From: Malacoraja senta | Taxonomy: Eukaryota | Length of the DNA stretch: 64,000 nucleotides | Reading direction: 5' to 3' | Assembly: GCA_038087875.1 (NCBI GenBank) | Contig: CM075990.1 | Coordinates: 13,084,001-13,148,000 of the forward strand | Part shown: in pieces, positions 46,825 to 61,932 of the stretch | Layout: each line of letters begins with the position of its first letter | Numbering within the stretch: position 1 is the first letter of the stretch | Notes under the pieces: model-generated | Seen by the model: only the letters and a program-made list of their open reading frames with translations | Database searches by the model: none | Told to the model about the DNA's origin: nothing | Position numbers and translations under genes: made by a program

Positions 46825-49800
46825 CTGCGGAAAGATGGGAAAAGCAAAGTTACTTGAACATTTTCTGATGTTTTATCTGTCACGGTAAATGCTAAGCCGA
46901 GAAGCAAGTTTTGAAAAATGTTACAAATAAGGCACAGTTCAGGCACTCGGATAAAATGTGTGCCTACTGAAACATTGCAAAGATGTATGTGTCAGTCTTG
47001 ACGAATTGGGACTGGATAGCAACGGGCACTTGAAGATATCAAGGAAAAATCAAATGCTCATGAGAGACGATGGATTGAACACTTTGTGAACATTCAAGAG
47101 TGTTTTATTGTCATATGTCCCAGATAGAACAATGAAATTCTTACTTGCTGCAGCACAGAATATGTAAACATAGTACACTGTAAACAATACTTGAAATGTT
47201 CCAGCAGAGGTTGTAAATTTATTGGTCTGAAATAATAACTAATTCTCTCTCAGCCCTGATGCAAGGTCTCAACCCAACACATCGACCATCCCTTTGCCTC
47301 TACAAATGCTGCTCAGCCCAATGAGTTCATCGAGCAGTTTATATTTCGCTCGCTCTTGGTCATGCTGTCCTCATTGTCCACTTATAATGTTTTCTGTTTT
47401 TATTCCAGAAAAAGCTGCATTAACTTTTTATCTCAATAGCACGTCCTAAATATTAGTCTAATTAAACATAAGTTGAAGTAAGAATTTAAACAAGCTGTTG
47501 GTAACAAATCACAAAAAACAAATTCAAAATGCTCATGGTCAAGAATCTTGATGCGAGCCACAATTTATTTTCCACCTTCCTAAATCTTGTCCGCATTTCA
47601 TATTGAACTCCAAAATAACTCCAAAACCCTGCAACCCAACACATTGAGTTCTAAAAGCAAGTGATCATTATTTGTGACATCCACCCAGTACTATTTACTC
47701 CAGATTTGTTACCTTGTGTATCATGAATGGAAAGGAATCATGCCATGATTCGGCCCAACATAAGCATATCTTAATGGGTGCAGATTTTTGAAAGATATTC
47801 AAAACCAAGGAATTAGGGTGGTGGGAAGACATCAGAGTAAGTTAAGGAAAGCTGGAATATAAAATCACTTTGTTTAAATCTACTGAAACTACTGGAGGAA
47901 CTCAGCAGGTTAGACAACATCCATGGAGAGAAATAGGAAGATGACGTTTCAGGTCAGCACTCTACTGCAAAATGAGAAAAAAAAAATGCTGTTCCCCTTC
48001 ACAGATATTGCCTGACCTGCTGAGCTCCTCCAGCAGGTCATTTTGTTAACTCAAGATTCCAACAGTCTCTTGTATCTCCTCTCTAAAACTGTGTGTTGGA
48101 CTCAGAAATGCTCATTGTTGGCAAATGGTCACACAAAGGGAATCTCTCTAGAGGAAACAGTGTATTTTGCCCCAAAACATGTTATTGCTGCAAGGATGAC
48201 CAGCAAAGGATAAATCAATAATCATCAAACATAACCTGCTGATGGTGGCATGGAGATTTGAACAGATTTCAGAGAGAAACATAATTTTGAAGTCATTTTG
48301 TTCCCTAAAAACATCAAAATTACAAAAAAGAACTCGTTGCACCTCTGTGTCTTCTCTCATCAGATATTTAACTGTAGATGTGAACATGGTTTCCTTTCTT
48401 TGTTTAAGCACCACTCTGTGATTAGCTGCAGCCAAAAGGCAGCTTCTAACTAGCACAGTGTCGAGGCTGCCAAATCACCAATAACACAGTTCAAAGCCAT
48501 TATTTTAAACTTTTTGGAAAAACTGTTTACACGTTCAAAGCAAACATCAATACCAGCAATGCGAATGACGTGAGAAATGGATACACAGATACCAAATTTT
48601 AAACAAAGAAAGACAACATGTTGGATTAAACGTAAATCCAATTTTCTCACTTCATAGGCACGTGAGCGCTTTTTTCCCCCCTTCCTCATCACTAAATACT
48701 CCTTAAAATATTAAAAACTTCAATTTCCAAACAATGTCAAGAGTGGACATAACTCATTTAGTGGCCAGCAATAAATGGGAGCCCAAAACTTCAATGTTGA
48801 GACTGTGTGACACTAGAATAATAGAATGCATGTTTATTGGTGCAAAGCCAAAAGGATGCAAATCTGAATTTGTTTTCCCATATATTATGGCACGGACAAA
48901 GGGGCAGAGAGAGAGGGGAATGAATAACTAAGTGGCTTTACAGCATGGCTTCATAGTGTGCAGCTCTAGCCAAGTCTAAAATTTATGTTTACATATTTTC
49001 AGTCTCTAGCACAAAAGCATGGCCAGCAGTTATTACAAACATAAATTAAAAAGCAGTTAAAAAAAAAAAAAATTATGAAGGCTCTCATCACTTGGGGAAA
49101 GTCCCATTTCACGTACAATATGTTATTTAAATGTAGTTAGAAGCAAATCCTAACAATAAAGCCGTGATGATCCCCTTTCCGTTGAAATTCTGACTGCTTG
49201 GCACCTGTCTCACCTGCAATTCCTTCAGACACTGGGGTCCGGGGGTTCCCACACTTCCTTTGTACTCAGGGCCCCCATTTTCCAAATTGCTTATAAAATC
49301 ACTGGAGTTCCCCTACCAACCCCTCCCCCTCCCCCCCCCCCCCCCCCCCCCCCCCCCCGATAATCTGATAATCGGACCTACAATTTAGCTTGCTATTAAA
49401 ACTAATTCAATTGCAGGAAGGGAGGAACCCGGCAAACAAGCTTGGTATTCATTCAATATACACTTCCACGTTTGAAGCTGAGAGCCAAGTAAAATAAAAT
49501 GCAAGTTTAAACATTCTAGCCTCAAGCATAAATTAAGTTGCTTAAGTTTTTGAAAGATTCAAACACCCTTTCTCATCTGTCCATTAAATAGTTTGAGTTT
49601 AGTTTATTTTCATGTACACTGAGGTACAGTTTAGTTTATTGTCACGTTCCGAGGTAGCGACAAGCTTTTGTTGTGTACTTCCCAGTCAGCGGAAAGACAA
49701 TACACGATTACAATCGAGTCATTTACTGGGTATAGATACATGATAAGGGAATAACGTTTAGTGCAAGGTAAAGCCAGCAAAGTTCGATCAAGGATAGTCA

Positions 49801-50087
49801 GAGGGTGTCCAATGAGGTACAGTGAAATGGATTTAATAGATGAACATAACTTAATTGAAACAAACTTAATAATTGTATTCCCACAATTAAGGTTGGAATT
49901 ATTTCATTCTTTAAATGGAAAAACGTTGCCCATTCTTGTCCTCCAGAGATGACCCGCTGAGTTACTCCAGCACTTTGCTTTTCTACACAACTTACAAGTT
50001 TTGACCCAAGCCATAGTCTAGTGCATCTTACCACTTTCCATAGCTGTATAAGATACATATTTGTACATTAAATATTTGTCAAATTAT

Positions 50088-50381
50088 TAGTTTAGTTTAG
50101 AAGCAAAGCTTGGAAACAGGCTCTTCGGCCCATCAATCACCCGTTCATATTAGTTCTATGATATCCATTTCCTACATAGTGGGAATAATTCAGAGGAGCC
50201 AATTAACCTACAAACCTGCCCGTCTTTGCGATTTTGGGGGAGAAAGTGGAGCACCTGGAGGAAACCCACACGGTCACAGGGAGAACATGTAAATTGCTCA
50301 CAAAAAGCCCCCGAAGTCAGGATCGAACCAGTGTCTCTGGCGCTATCAGGCAGCAGCACTATCAGCTGTGACACAGTCGCC
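50088..50381 (-). mobile_element. V-SINE (HE1-like)
   Basis: (TTTAG)n tail, reverse complement V-domain, GGATCGAACC B-box. Confidence 0.75.
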
Positions 50382-50573
50382 TTAATTTTAGAACCCATTT
50401 CTATTGAATGCCTGAACTCTCTCTGAACTACCCAGTAATTAAATAATTAAAACATATCCTAGGTCTCGTTTGGAAAGGGATTTTCCACGAGTGATGTTAA
50501 ATATTCGTGCACTAAGATTTTTGAAACAGTAATGACAAGGTAAGTTGAATGTATTGGAACAACAAAGGGTTTA

Positions 50574-52208
50574 CAGTGCCCTCCAAAATGTTTGGGACAA
50601 AGACCCATCATTTATTTATTTGCCTCTGTACTCCACAATTTGAGATTTGTAATAGAAAAAAATCACATGTGGTTAAAGCACACATTGTCAAATTTTAATA
50701 AAGGCCATTTTTATACATTTTGGTTTCACCATGTAGAAATTACAGCAGTGTTTATACATAGTCCCCCCCCCCCCCATTTCAGGGCACCATAATGTTTGGG
50801 ACACAGCAATGTCATGTAAATGAAAGTAGTCATGTTTAGTATTTTGTTGCATATCCTTTACATGCAATGACTGCTTGAAGTCTGTGATTCATGGACATCA
50901 CCAGTTGCTGGGTGTCTTCTCTGGTGATGCTCTGCCAGGCCTGTATTAGCCCCCAAAACAAGCAGCCATCTTTAGCTTATGCTTGTTTTGGGGGCTAGTC
51001 CCCTTCAGTTTTCTCTTCAGCATATAAAAGGCATGCTCAATTGGGTTCAGATCGGGTGATTTACTTGGTCACTCAAGAATTGACCATTTTTTAGCTTTGA
51101 AAAACTCCTTTGTTGCGTTAGCAGTATGTTTGGGATCATTGTCTTGCTGTAGAATGAACCGCCGGCCAATGAGTTTTGAGGCATTTGTTTGAACTTGAGT
51201 AGATAGTATGTGTCTATACACTTCAGAATTCATTATGCTACTACCATCAGCAGTTGTATCATCAATGAAGATAAGTGAGCCATACATGCCCAGGCCATAA
51301 CACCCCCACCATCGTGTTTCACAGATGAGGTGGTATGCTTTGGATCTTGGGCAGTTCCTTCTCTCCTCCATACTTTGCTCTTGCCATCACTCTGAAATAA
51401 GTTCATCTTCGTCTCATCTGCCCACAAGACCTTTTTCCAGAACTGTGGTTGCTCTTTTAAGTACTTCTGACAAACTTAACCTGGCCATCCTATTTTTGCA
51501 GCTAACCAGGGGTTTGCATCTGTAGCCTCTGTATTTCTGTTCATGAAGTCTTCTGCGGGCAGTGGTCATTGACAAATCCACACCTGACTCCTGAAGAGTG
51601 TTTCTGATCTGTCGAACGGGTGTTTGGGGATTTTTATTTATTATAGAGAATTATCAGCTGTGGAGGTCTTCCTTGGCCTGCCAGTCCCTTTGCGATTGCA
51701 GTGCTCTCTTTCTTCTTAATGATGTCCCAAACAGTTGATTTTGGTAAAGATGTCTCCAACAGTTTTATTCTTATTTCTCAGTCTCATAATGGCTTCTTTG
51801 ACTTTCATTGGCATAACTGGGGCCCTCATGTTGACAAAGAGCAATAAAAGTTTCCAAATGTGATGGAAAGACTGGAGGAAAGACTAGGTGCTGAGAGCTC
51901 TCTTATACCTGCATTAAGGAGGCAATTAAACACACCTGAGCAATTACAAACACCAGTGAAGCCATGTGTCCCAAACATTATGGTGCCCTGAAATATTGGG
52001 GGGGGGGGGGGGGCGGACCTATGTATAAACACAGCTGTAATTTCTACATGGTGAAACCAAAATGTATAAAAATAAACTTGAATAAAATCTGACAATGTGC
52101 ACTTTAACCACAAGTGATTTTTTTTTATATTACAAATCTCAAATTGTGAAGTACAGAGGCAAATAAATAAATGATGGGTCTTTGTCCCAAACATTATGGA
52201 GGGCACTG
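50574..52208 (-). mobile_element. Tc1 DD34E transposon copy 3, both termini intact, in a MICU1 intron
   Basis: TA|CAGTGCCCTCC..GGAGGGCACTG|TA; 1635 bp; transposase (ATG ~51829) broken by multiple small deletions. Confidence 0.96.
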
Positions 52209-53420
52209 TACATGCTAACTTCTTTCCTCACTTCCCACTCCAAAACGAAGTAGTGGCACTAGAGAAGAACAACATTGTAAATGAGGAAGGACTTTGACAT
52301 GGTAGTTCAGATCCCGCTGATCTGGTTCCCTGCCTAAAGTTCCGTTCAGTCTTGCACTTCCCAGGTCAGAACATGGGGAGCCTATCTATCTGGTCTAAAT
52401 GGAGGAGAGGTTGCTTGCAATGCAGTAAGGTGGACCCACCCCCAAAGCATCCATAAACGCTTTGTGAGCTGGAAAAAAAGTTGCCGCTTTGTTGGCCATC
52501 TCAGTTGTGAGTGATTTTCAAACAGCTTAAAAATGCCTCTGGAAAAGACATTTAAAATCTGTTCAAACTTAAGTAATTAAAAATGTCAAGTAAAAACATT
52601 ACACTTAAGTAAAATATGTAAAAAACAATGCATCTTCTCTTTTGCCTCCTAATTCACTGGCCTATAAATGAATGTCACTAAAATCAATGGGGTCTTGGAT
52701 CCTACAGCAGATCAGGTTTGACTGGTAGATCCTGGGTAACAGTTCAATATTGACTGTTCCACTCAAAACCATTCACTTTAATTGGTGAGACCCGATCCCC
52801 TCACATGGGATATGCACAAGAGTGCCATTGCTCCAGGATTCCTGTATTTCATTCATAAAGGTACCACAGATGGAAGCTGTAAGGTTACTATGAAGGAGCG
52901 AATGAATGGAAGCCTTTCAGTGACTGTTCAGATTACATACCCTCCACTGACTGGAGCAAGGATCAGAAATATGCAGAAACATTATTATACATGTCTTGGT
53001 ACTCATTTCCCCGGGGAAAAGCATAAGCAAATATGTGCATTTCAAATGCCAAATAACTGCTGCTCCCGTCTTTAAATTTGTGTTCTTGTCAAGTGAGCAC
53101 TGCATCATATTTCCTATTAATTACCTACTTCTGGTTTCAGCAAATTGGCAGCTCAGAAACATTTATATGAAGATATGCCAGCATCGAATAAAAATCTATC
53201 TTAATTCCCAATCTTGGCACAGCCTTTCTTTGACATATTAATCAAAAATAGCCATGTTCTCTTTATGTTATGGCAAATTCTGATTTATTATAATTGCAAT
53301 GCACTCTGATCACTGATCACCTTAGTTTGCCAACTAGCTTTGTTTTAATATTTCAACTGTAGCAGATTACATTTAGATCCAATAGGAAGGCCAAGAACAA
53401 GGACAACATGTAGATCTTAC

Positions 53421-53618
53421 TTCCAGTTTAAGAACATCCTGTTGCAATTTACGCTGGAACGTCAGGAAGAGTTTAATGGTCAGTTTTCCCTTTAGATCTG
53501 CACCAAAGAAGTAAGTGGTGAGTGCGGAGCTAACTCCAGATTTCAGCGTGTTCCCTGTTGTACTGCGATCTCGATGACGCATGCCTATACTGGTCTGTGA
53601 TCGAATAATATTTTGAAC
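53421..53618 (-). CDS. MICU1: MICU1 coding exon (198 nt)
   Basis: [69 protein letters not shown] acceptor, GTAAG donor. Confidence 0.97.
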
Positions 53619-54625
53619 CTGTGAAGCGCAAGAGAAATATGATAAGCTTAAAACACATTTTTGGACAAGGAAAGACCAAAGATTGGGTCACTGATTCTTG
53701 GTCACTCTGGTCAACAGGAAAACAGTAATACAAAACCTCTCCATATCACTTTAGAATTAAACTACTTCTCCACAAGTGACAAACATGATATCTAAATCAT
53801 CTTGGCATATTCAGTTATAATTATTGTGCTAATACTGCCAGATTTCTCTTTGCTCTTCCATTGGAAAGTCTGAATTCCTGAGAGAAAAGGACCAGAATGT
53901 GTAATTAACCTACAGGTCTGTTGAATCAAGCACACATAGAACTGGAGGAATGCAGATGGTCGAGAAGCATCTGCGAATGGAATGGATAGGCAAAGTTTCA
54001 GGTCTGGACCTTTCTTCAGACCCGTGTCCCCTCGACAGATACTGCTTGAAAGTTCTAGTTCCTCCAGCACTTTGCTCAAGATTCAACCATCTGCAGTACC
54101 AGATGTCTCCATATCTTTTGTATCCTTTGTCTGTAGCTCAGTGGCTAAGCAAACGGAAGGCTTCTTCAATTAACTTGGCACACCGAGGAATAGTAATTCG
54201 AAAGAAAGATGACTAAACCCAGCAATGTAGAGTTGCCCTGTGCAACAACTTTCATTATCTTGGTCAAAATATGTCAATGTAATTACAGAGAAAAATAAGA
54301 CCGTTTCCTTTTTTCCCCCATTATAACACATTTTGCTAACAAATCGAGTATTTTGGTTGCAATCACACTAATTCCACGCTCAGCAATCTTTACATGACTG
54401 TAAGCACATATGTACCTAACTGTGAAACCAGTGTAAAATGGATAGCTATCATTAGAAATTCAAGTTATGAGTTCCAGTTTGAAGAATGTTTACTCTGGAG
54501 AGGAAGTAGAGGATATGCACTTCAAAATATTAAATTCATTCAGGGAATAAACTGCACTGCAATAATAAGGTAGAAAAACCATGTCAATGGTACCCGTCAC
54601 AACCTTCCTGCTGAACGTGATCATT

Positions 54626-55057
54626 GTTGAAAGACACAAACAATCTCCCAGATGTACTAGGGGACAAAGGACCTAGGGTGACGGAGGAACGCAAGGAAAT
54701 TCACATTAGTCAGGAAATGGTGTTGGGATGGCTGATAAATCCCCAGGGCCTGATGGTCTGCATCCCAGGGTACTCAAGGAGGTGGCTCCTCCTTCATGGA
54801 CGCATTGGTGAGCATTTTCCAATGATGTATAGATTCTGGATCAGTTCCTGTGGATTTGGGGGTAGCTAATGTCATCCCACTTTTTAAGAAAGGAGGGAGA
54901 GAGAAAGTAGGGAATTATAGACCAGTTAACGCCTGACATCGGTGGTGGGGAAGTTGCTGGAGTCGATTATCAAAGATGTAATCACGGCGCATTTTGGAAA
55001 GCAGTAACAGGATGTATTTATGAAGGGGAAATCATGCTTGACAAATCTTCTGGAATT
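54626..55057 (+). mobile_element. Internal CR1 ORF2 fragment
   Basis: Remnants of ANVIPLFKKG..NYRPV and KGKSCLTNLLEF. Confidence 0.8.
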
Positions 55058-55816
55058 TAGAAGTTTGTGAAAAACAAATATTGACCAGGATATCTTCGCT
55101 TTGAAAATTATGCTGAGATTTTTACATTCATCTGAAAGAACTGGCAGAGTCTTGCGTTAATGTCATTATCAATGCTGTACGACAAGGTTTTTGTGCTTGC
55201 AAGAATGGCGAAGGGCACAAACTCCAATCCTTGTTATCAGGAGATAAGAGTTTTCACTTTCGAGAATCAAATGATCCTTGTATTTGTCAAAAACCAAGTA
55301 GGAAGAGATGAAGGCTTCGGAGGGGGAACTGTGCTGAAAGCTTAGTTTTTAGTATATTACATAGAATATAGTGAACAGGTAGAACTGAATGCCCAATGGA
55401 CATGTAAAGTTCCCTTGTGTGTAAAAATTCAAAGGTAAATAGAAGGCATGGAACAGTGGGAGGTATAATTTTTCAATATCTACAAGATGGTCTGTATTGG
55501 CTGTTTTTCTAGTCCTGCAACTCATGGTCCCATGTTTATAACCTTATCTGTTGTAAACACATTGATTTGGACGGCACACCCACCATGAAATTAAACGTTT
55601 ATATCCAAGAGTAACCACATTCTGTAAATATGAATAATAACAGACATCTGATCTGCTTTAAGAGGTCATCTTTCCTTGGAAATTCTGCTTTAACTTGGAT
55701 AGAAATACTGGCAAATAGTATCAGCAGCTGTGTACATCTTTTCTCAGAGGTATCCAAAGCTCTTCCATCCAAGTTAACTTTGGAAACAAAGAGAATTAAA
55801 AAAATATCCTTTTTTA

Positions 55817-55969
<153 letters not shown>

Positions 55970-56911
55970 TTAACAGTAGTTTTCAGCATAGCATTTTTGT
56001 ATGAACCAGTATTCTTTGTAGTTCATACATTGTTTCGGCTTCCACTTAGAGAAGGTATACAGTATGCAACTACAGAAATAAGACATAAATCACAGTAACC
56101 CATTTATGGTTCGCTGTTGTAAAAAAAATGTTTTCAAGCATACAACTGTTACAAAATTCTTAATGTCTACTTCATGATGAAGCTTGAATAGCTTTCATTG
56201 AATAGCTTTCGGTGCAATTAAACCTAATTTATGTTTGCAGGAAGTTAGTCAAATCTTGAATTTATGACATTTTTGCCAATCTTGGAAATATATCAATTGC
56301 TAACAGAGCAAATATTTGTTTAACAAAACACAAAAGTGCTGGATAAACTCCAAAAGGTCAGGACCCTACTTCAGTCAGAACCTAAAAAATATTTTTAAGT
56401 TCAGTAAAGCATCATGTGAACCCACTTATCATGCAAATAATCAAAATTCATTGAGCAAACTATATCATTGTGATATATCAAACTATATCACTAGTTCAAA
56501 AGGGTTGACTAATCAATACTTGGTCCATTCTGAAGTGACAGATTGGGCTGCAGTTATGTATCTTATCTCAAGGATATTGCAGGTACTTTCAGTAATGCCG
56601 CATATCCTCAGTAACACAAAGGAACATCACCGGCAGTCTTGAGGCACGATAGCAACACTTAGCGAGCTCAGGCATTGCATAGTAAGCCTAGTGAGGGTCT
56701 GTGTACCTTAAAGCCAGTGCTCACCCTCGCAACAATGTTGGATTTCATAATGCCCTTTAGTGTAAGCCAAAGCATGCAAGTTAACATAACATTCTAACAT
56801 TAAAGCTTCTAACATTACATTTCTTAAACGCATTACTATTTTTTATCAGTAAGCTATATACACATATTTTCAGTCCACAGTAGAATACAGACCAGATTAT
56901 AGGACTCGGTA

Positions 56912-57077
56912 TGTGTAGGAAGGAACTGCACAGTTTTGTTTAAACCGTAGACACAAAATGCTGGAGTAACTCAGCAGGACAGGCAGCATCTCTGAAGACA
57001 GGTCTCGACCCAAAACATCACCCATTCCTTCTCTCCAGAGATGCTGCCTATCCTGCTAAGTTTTGTGTCTATCTACA
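56912..57077. mobile_element. Palindromic PLE element
   Basis: Inverted arms; GACTC(G/A)GTA flanking repeat. Confidence 0.7.
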
Positions 57078-60000
57078 TGACTCAGTAGTTCACTATGAAA
57101 AGTGGAAGTCACATATCCTGTATTATCCTGCATTTCTTGGGCAAGGTTATCTATCGCAGGGAAATTATGTTTTTTCTCGTGCGACTCAGATCATTGGGAA
57201 CAATTGCTGAGTAGTGAAATTGAATAGAATCGAAAAAAGGTTATACTTTATTGTGATGTCTTCATTTATTCCATTACATTCTCTTATGCAATTCCAATTC
57301 ACTGATTTTCTCAATTAAACCACCCATGAATTGCATTGTTCATATTTAATCTCCAAGCCTATTAAAAAATCAAATATCTGTCAGTCAGTTCTGCAGTTGA
57401 GCACATTTTAATTGAATTCTGCTCGATTCACAGTTTCCCGACCATGAACGTCAAAATATGTCAAAGACATCTACTATCTGGTGTTATCTTTTATTTTCAT
57501 TGTAGTTATTCTCAAAGACCTCTTTGTACTCTGTAAATGACCAGAGATTAGAAAGGTAATCTGCATCCCACTCTTTACAATTGATGTATAATTAATCATG
57601 TCATGAAAAATGGCTGATCTGATTTCGCTCTCCCTCTTTCCTCTCTTGTGGGGAAATACTTTGCTCGACTCTCCACAAGATTAGGTGCTCACTTCAAAGG
57701 AGATCGGGATCGATATTTTGTAAGCAAACGTTCATTTTGCAGGTGCAAAGCGGAATAGATTAGTAAAATCCTGTTATAGAAACGTAGAAAAATAGGTGCA
57801 GGAGTAGGCCATTCGGCTCTTCGAGCCAGCACCACCATTCAATATGATCATGGCTGATCATCTAAAATCAGTACCCCGTTTCTGCTTTTCCCCCCATATC
57901 CCTTAATTCCTTAGATAGGCATCAAAACAGTTGCTGGATAAAGAGCATCTGCTGCACGAGTGATACTATTAAGCCACATAGCCACTTCACACCATGTCAT
58001 TTACAGGCTGACATCTCCAACAGGCTTTGTTACAAGTACCTGCTTTATTGTAGACAGTGAGAGACTTCTACAATTTGATATGAATGGATATGACAAAGCT
58101 AAACTGGAAACAAACTGCTGGAGATAAGCTCGGGCTTTCGTAGATGTACTAGTTTATAATCCAAAATCTGATGCAACCAACATTATCTATGTTGGTGGAA
58201 TTCAAATCGGGTAGCAGCTCTCAAGTTGCCAAAATACAAATTCAATTTGATTGGTGAACCTTCAGCAAATGATTATTTTATAGATGTACTGTGACTGAAA
58301 TGTTTTGGACATGGAAGAAAATGAGGCATGAAAACCACATAATGTTTAAGGGTCTATGAACCAGGGAAAATGAGGTGTGTAGAAAATCCAAAATCTATCT
58401 CTGCCCATCTTCAAGGAGCCACGGGACACACTCAGTTCCCCCAGTGTTTAGTCTAGTAAAACAGCCAAAGTTATGGAATCACAATAACAGTACATGCTCG
58501 GTTCCAATTGTCTTACTCATGTTCTCTGCTAAAAAGCAATTGCCTTGTTACTGTGTTTGAAATGGCCAGTGGAACATTTTGATAATCTCAGATGCTAATG
58601 TAAAGAATCTCAGCCCAAAGGAAGGTGTGCCCCTCTAGGTTCCATTAGTAAACAATCTGGCTGGTCAAAGAAGAAGAGTGGAGCATTGCTGACCAGCCTT
58701 GCTATCACATTCAATGATCATTATTCAATGATCAAATGATGAAATTTCAATTACTCAGACATTGTGATCCCAGTGTCTTGGGATTTTTGGCAGACGTTTG
58801 CACAACTAACAAAGGCAAGCATGGTAGATTACAATCGATTCCAAGAACTAAAAAATAAAATACAGTACTGTGGATTTGAAATTCTGAAATTAAAACAGAA
58901 AGTGCAGTAAAAAGACAGTAAAACTTTTCTAAAAAAGTAACTTTCTTTCTTGGACGCTGAAAGCAAAGATGAGCATCACAACAGACAGCCAACCATGTAA
59001 TCTCTGGGTGCCCGCTCTACCACCCACCAAATGGAGCTCAGGGCCTGGCAGACATTGACGCAGAGACAACAACCTGGCTGCTCAACACCCGGCTTGAGAT
59101 CTAACTATTCCTTTGGTTTAGGTTTCATTCGCAAGAAGAGAAGACGAAGCATCACAACCCACAAATGTGTCTGAACACAAATCGGCACATGTTCTGCAGC
59201 TTTGCATTCATCTTGGAGTTGCGGTAAAAATCTAAAGTTTGCCCTTGCAAGCCATAGCATTGGTTTGGATATTATTCGAAAGTTCTTATGAAAATTATGA
59301 AGGACATGTTGGCTTCCCCCATTACTTCTGTTTGACTTCAAAACTTAACCCTCTGCCAAGGTGCTACCTGACCTGCTGACTGTTTCAAGCATTTCTGTTT
59401 TCTTCCGATATTCTACAGTGCTCTGTAATCTTTAATAACTTTAAATATAATTAATAAATCAATAGTAAATGCAGTAAAATAGTTGAGACATCTATAATGA
59501 GAACAACGTCTATTCTTTTCCGGATCTTCCACGAAGCTTCATTCAATACATGAGAAGACAAAAGAAAGAAAGAACCAGTGACAGCAGTGCAATGTCTGGG
59601 CAGTTCCTGGGCGCCTGCAGATATTGATTAGTCTGAAACCACGCAGCAATATAGTTAACTCCAGAAAAAAATCTGGCTATTGAAGATCTCCGATCATCTA
59701 ACTGCTATTCCCACATCCCATAGGGGCTAAGACTGGAATCTCAGATGATTTAATATTTCTGTTGATCTGTCAAATATACAATGATTTATTTTGTGTAACT
59801 TCAATGGTATACAAATAAAAAGCAGTGTTAACAGTGGGGGTGACAAAGAATCCCCAGTAAAGGATAAAAATCATAATTATTCATACTAATTAGCACAGCT
59901 AAGAGGGAGCTACACAATAAATTACATTGCCCAATTGTGAAGTAAAGAAAAATAAATGTTCATGGAGGGTTCATAAAAAAGCAGCAAAGGTAAAGAATCC

Positions 60001-61139
60001 TATAAATGCCAATTGTTTCTTGATTTATTGATTCTTTGTGAGCAAGTCTGTGAATAGCAGACACAGAATCCAGCCATCAATTAACATCCTCAATAAAAGT
60101 AGCAAACAGTGCAGAATTTGATTTATGTTAAATAAGCTGTGTCAGGAACTTGGCTTTGTCGCTGCATTAATTTCCAATTTAGTCCTATGAAATTAGCTAG
60201 AAAAGTGATTATTATGATGAACACAAAATTTGCACGACTAACAATTTTACATAAATCAAGAACCTTTTTTTTTAAAGTCCAAGACTGTGCAAGTACAAGT
60301 TGTCTATTTTTTCTATTTTTATCCTAATAATTTGGTTATTTTTCAAATGGTGTTTCAGGTGATTTCTGTCCCCAGTTCTATATTGTGGTAGAGAATGGTC
60401 AAGTCAACCTGAATTATTTGCAGCCAAAGCCTGGGCATGTGTTGAGAGCAGACATCAGTTTATGTGCAAATCTGGCGGAAGATAGTGGAGGCAAGAGCAG
60501 TGACACCACTCCAATAGTCATTTGAGCGCAAACCCTCAGTTGTGATGAAGCCTATGGAAGCACAAGCTCTTAGTCTCCCCACAGCCAGTGCCTGACAGAC
60601 AGTATTTTCAGCATTTGGTGTTTCTATTTTCGATTATCTTCATCTGCGGTAACTTGTTTTAGTTTTTGTCTTGGAGAGTTGACTAGAAAAGGGAATCAGT
60701 CCTCTCCACAGGAAACTGCAAAGGGTTGCAAGTTTTCTATCTTCCGCAACAAAACACTATTAATGCCTAGGCTCTTATTTCATACATCTGAATCATTTGC
60801 CATCTATCTTCGTGGGTAGATAAGACAGGTCTCGGATAGCTTCCTGTGTGCATTTCCACATTGCAGATATGTTAACTTGAGGAGATCTGTATTGTATATT
60901 AAGAATGCCTGAAAGGAGAGAGTTTGAAAACAAATACCTTGTCATTAACACAAGGCAATTAATTCAGGTTTTAGATATAAGTGACTTTTCTCCTGAAGGT
61001 GAGTGAATCTGTGCATCTCCTGATTTTCTCTCTCTCTCTGATTATTAATCTCAGAATAATTGGAAACCTTGAAATGAGGGTCATTGACAGGCATTAGCAG
61101 CTGGAGAGTGGCATCCTTACAAACATTAGGGGTAGGTTT

Positions 61140-61932
61140 TACATTTAGGTTTATTAATGTCACGTGTACCTAGTTAAAGTGAAAAGCTTTGTTTTGCAAG
61201 ATACGGAGTGCAGAATATAGTCAGCATTATAATGAGATGGCAGGACTTTCATAAGAGGAAAGACTGGATAGACTCGGCTTGTACACGTTGGAATTCAGAA
61301 GACTGAGGGGGGATCTTATAGAAACTTACAAAATTCTTAAGGGGTTGGACAGGCTAGATGCAGGAAGATTATTCCCGATGTTGGGGAAGTCCAGAACTAG
61401 GGGTCACAGTTTAAGGATAAGAGGGAAGACTTTTAGGACCGAGATGAGGAAATCATTTTTTACACAGAGTGGTGAATCTGTGGAATTCTCTGCCATAGAA
61501 GGTAGTTGAGGCCAGTTCATTGGCTATATTTAAGAGGGAGTTAGATGTGTCCCTTGTGGCTAAAGGGATCAGGGGGTATGGAGAGAAGGCAGGTATGGGA
61601 TACTGAGTTGGATGATCAGTCATGATCATATCAAATGGCGGTGCAGGCTCGAAGGGCCGAATGGCCTACTCCTGCACCTATTTTCTATGTTTCTATAACT
61701 CAATCTAGCGCATCAGTTCCATGGAAAAAGTGCTCAATAGTGTGGAGGTGAATCGGATAGTACCCGAGCTTATGGAAGAGCCCTTCAGAAGATGGAAAAG
61801 TGTTTGGAAGAAGATGTTCCCGAGCCTGGTGGTGGCACTTTCAAGCTTCTGCACTTTCAGCTGGACGGGAGCAGGAAGAAGGAGAAATAATCGGGGTGGG
61901 ACGTCTTTGATTATATTGGCTGCTTTTCCAAG
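61140..61932 (-). mobile_element. Rex1/Babar-like 3' fragment interrupted by CR1
   Basis: Minus strand LGKAANIIKD..TTRLGNIFF remnant; the two halves rejoin to match 69-310. Confidence 0.65.
61234..61696 (+). mobile_element. CR1 LINE 3' fragment
   Basis: [34 protein letters not shown] tail; same subfamily as 18346-18978. Confidence 0.9.
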
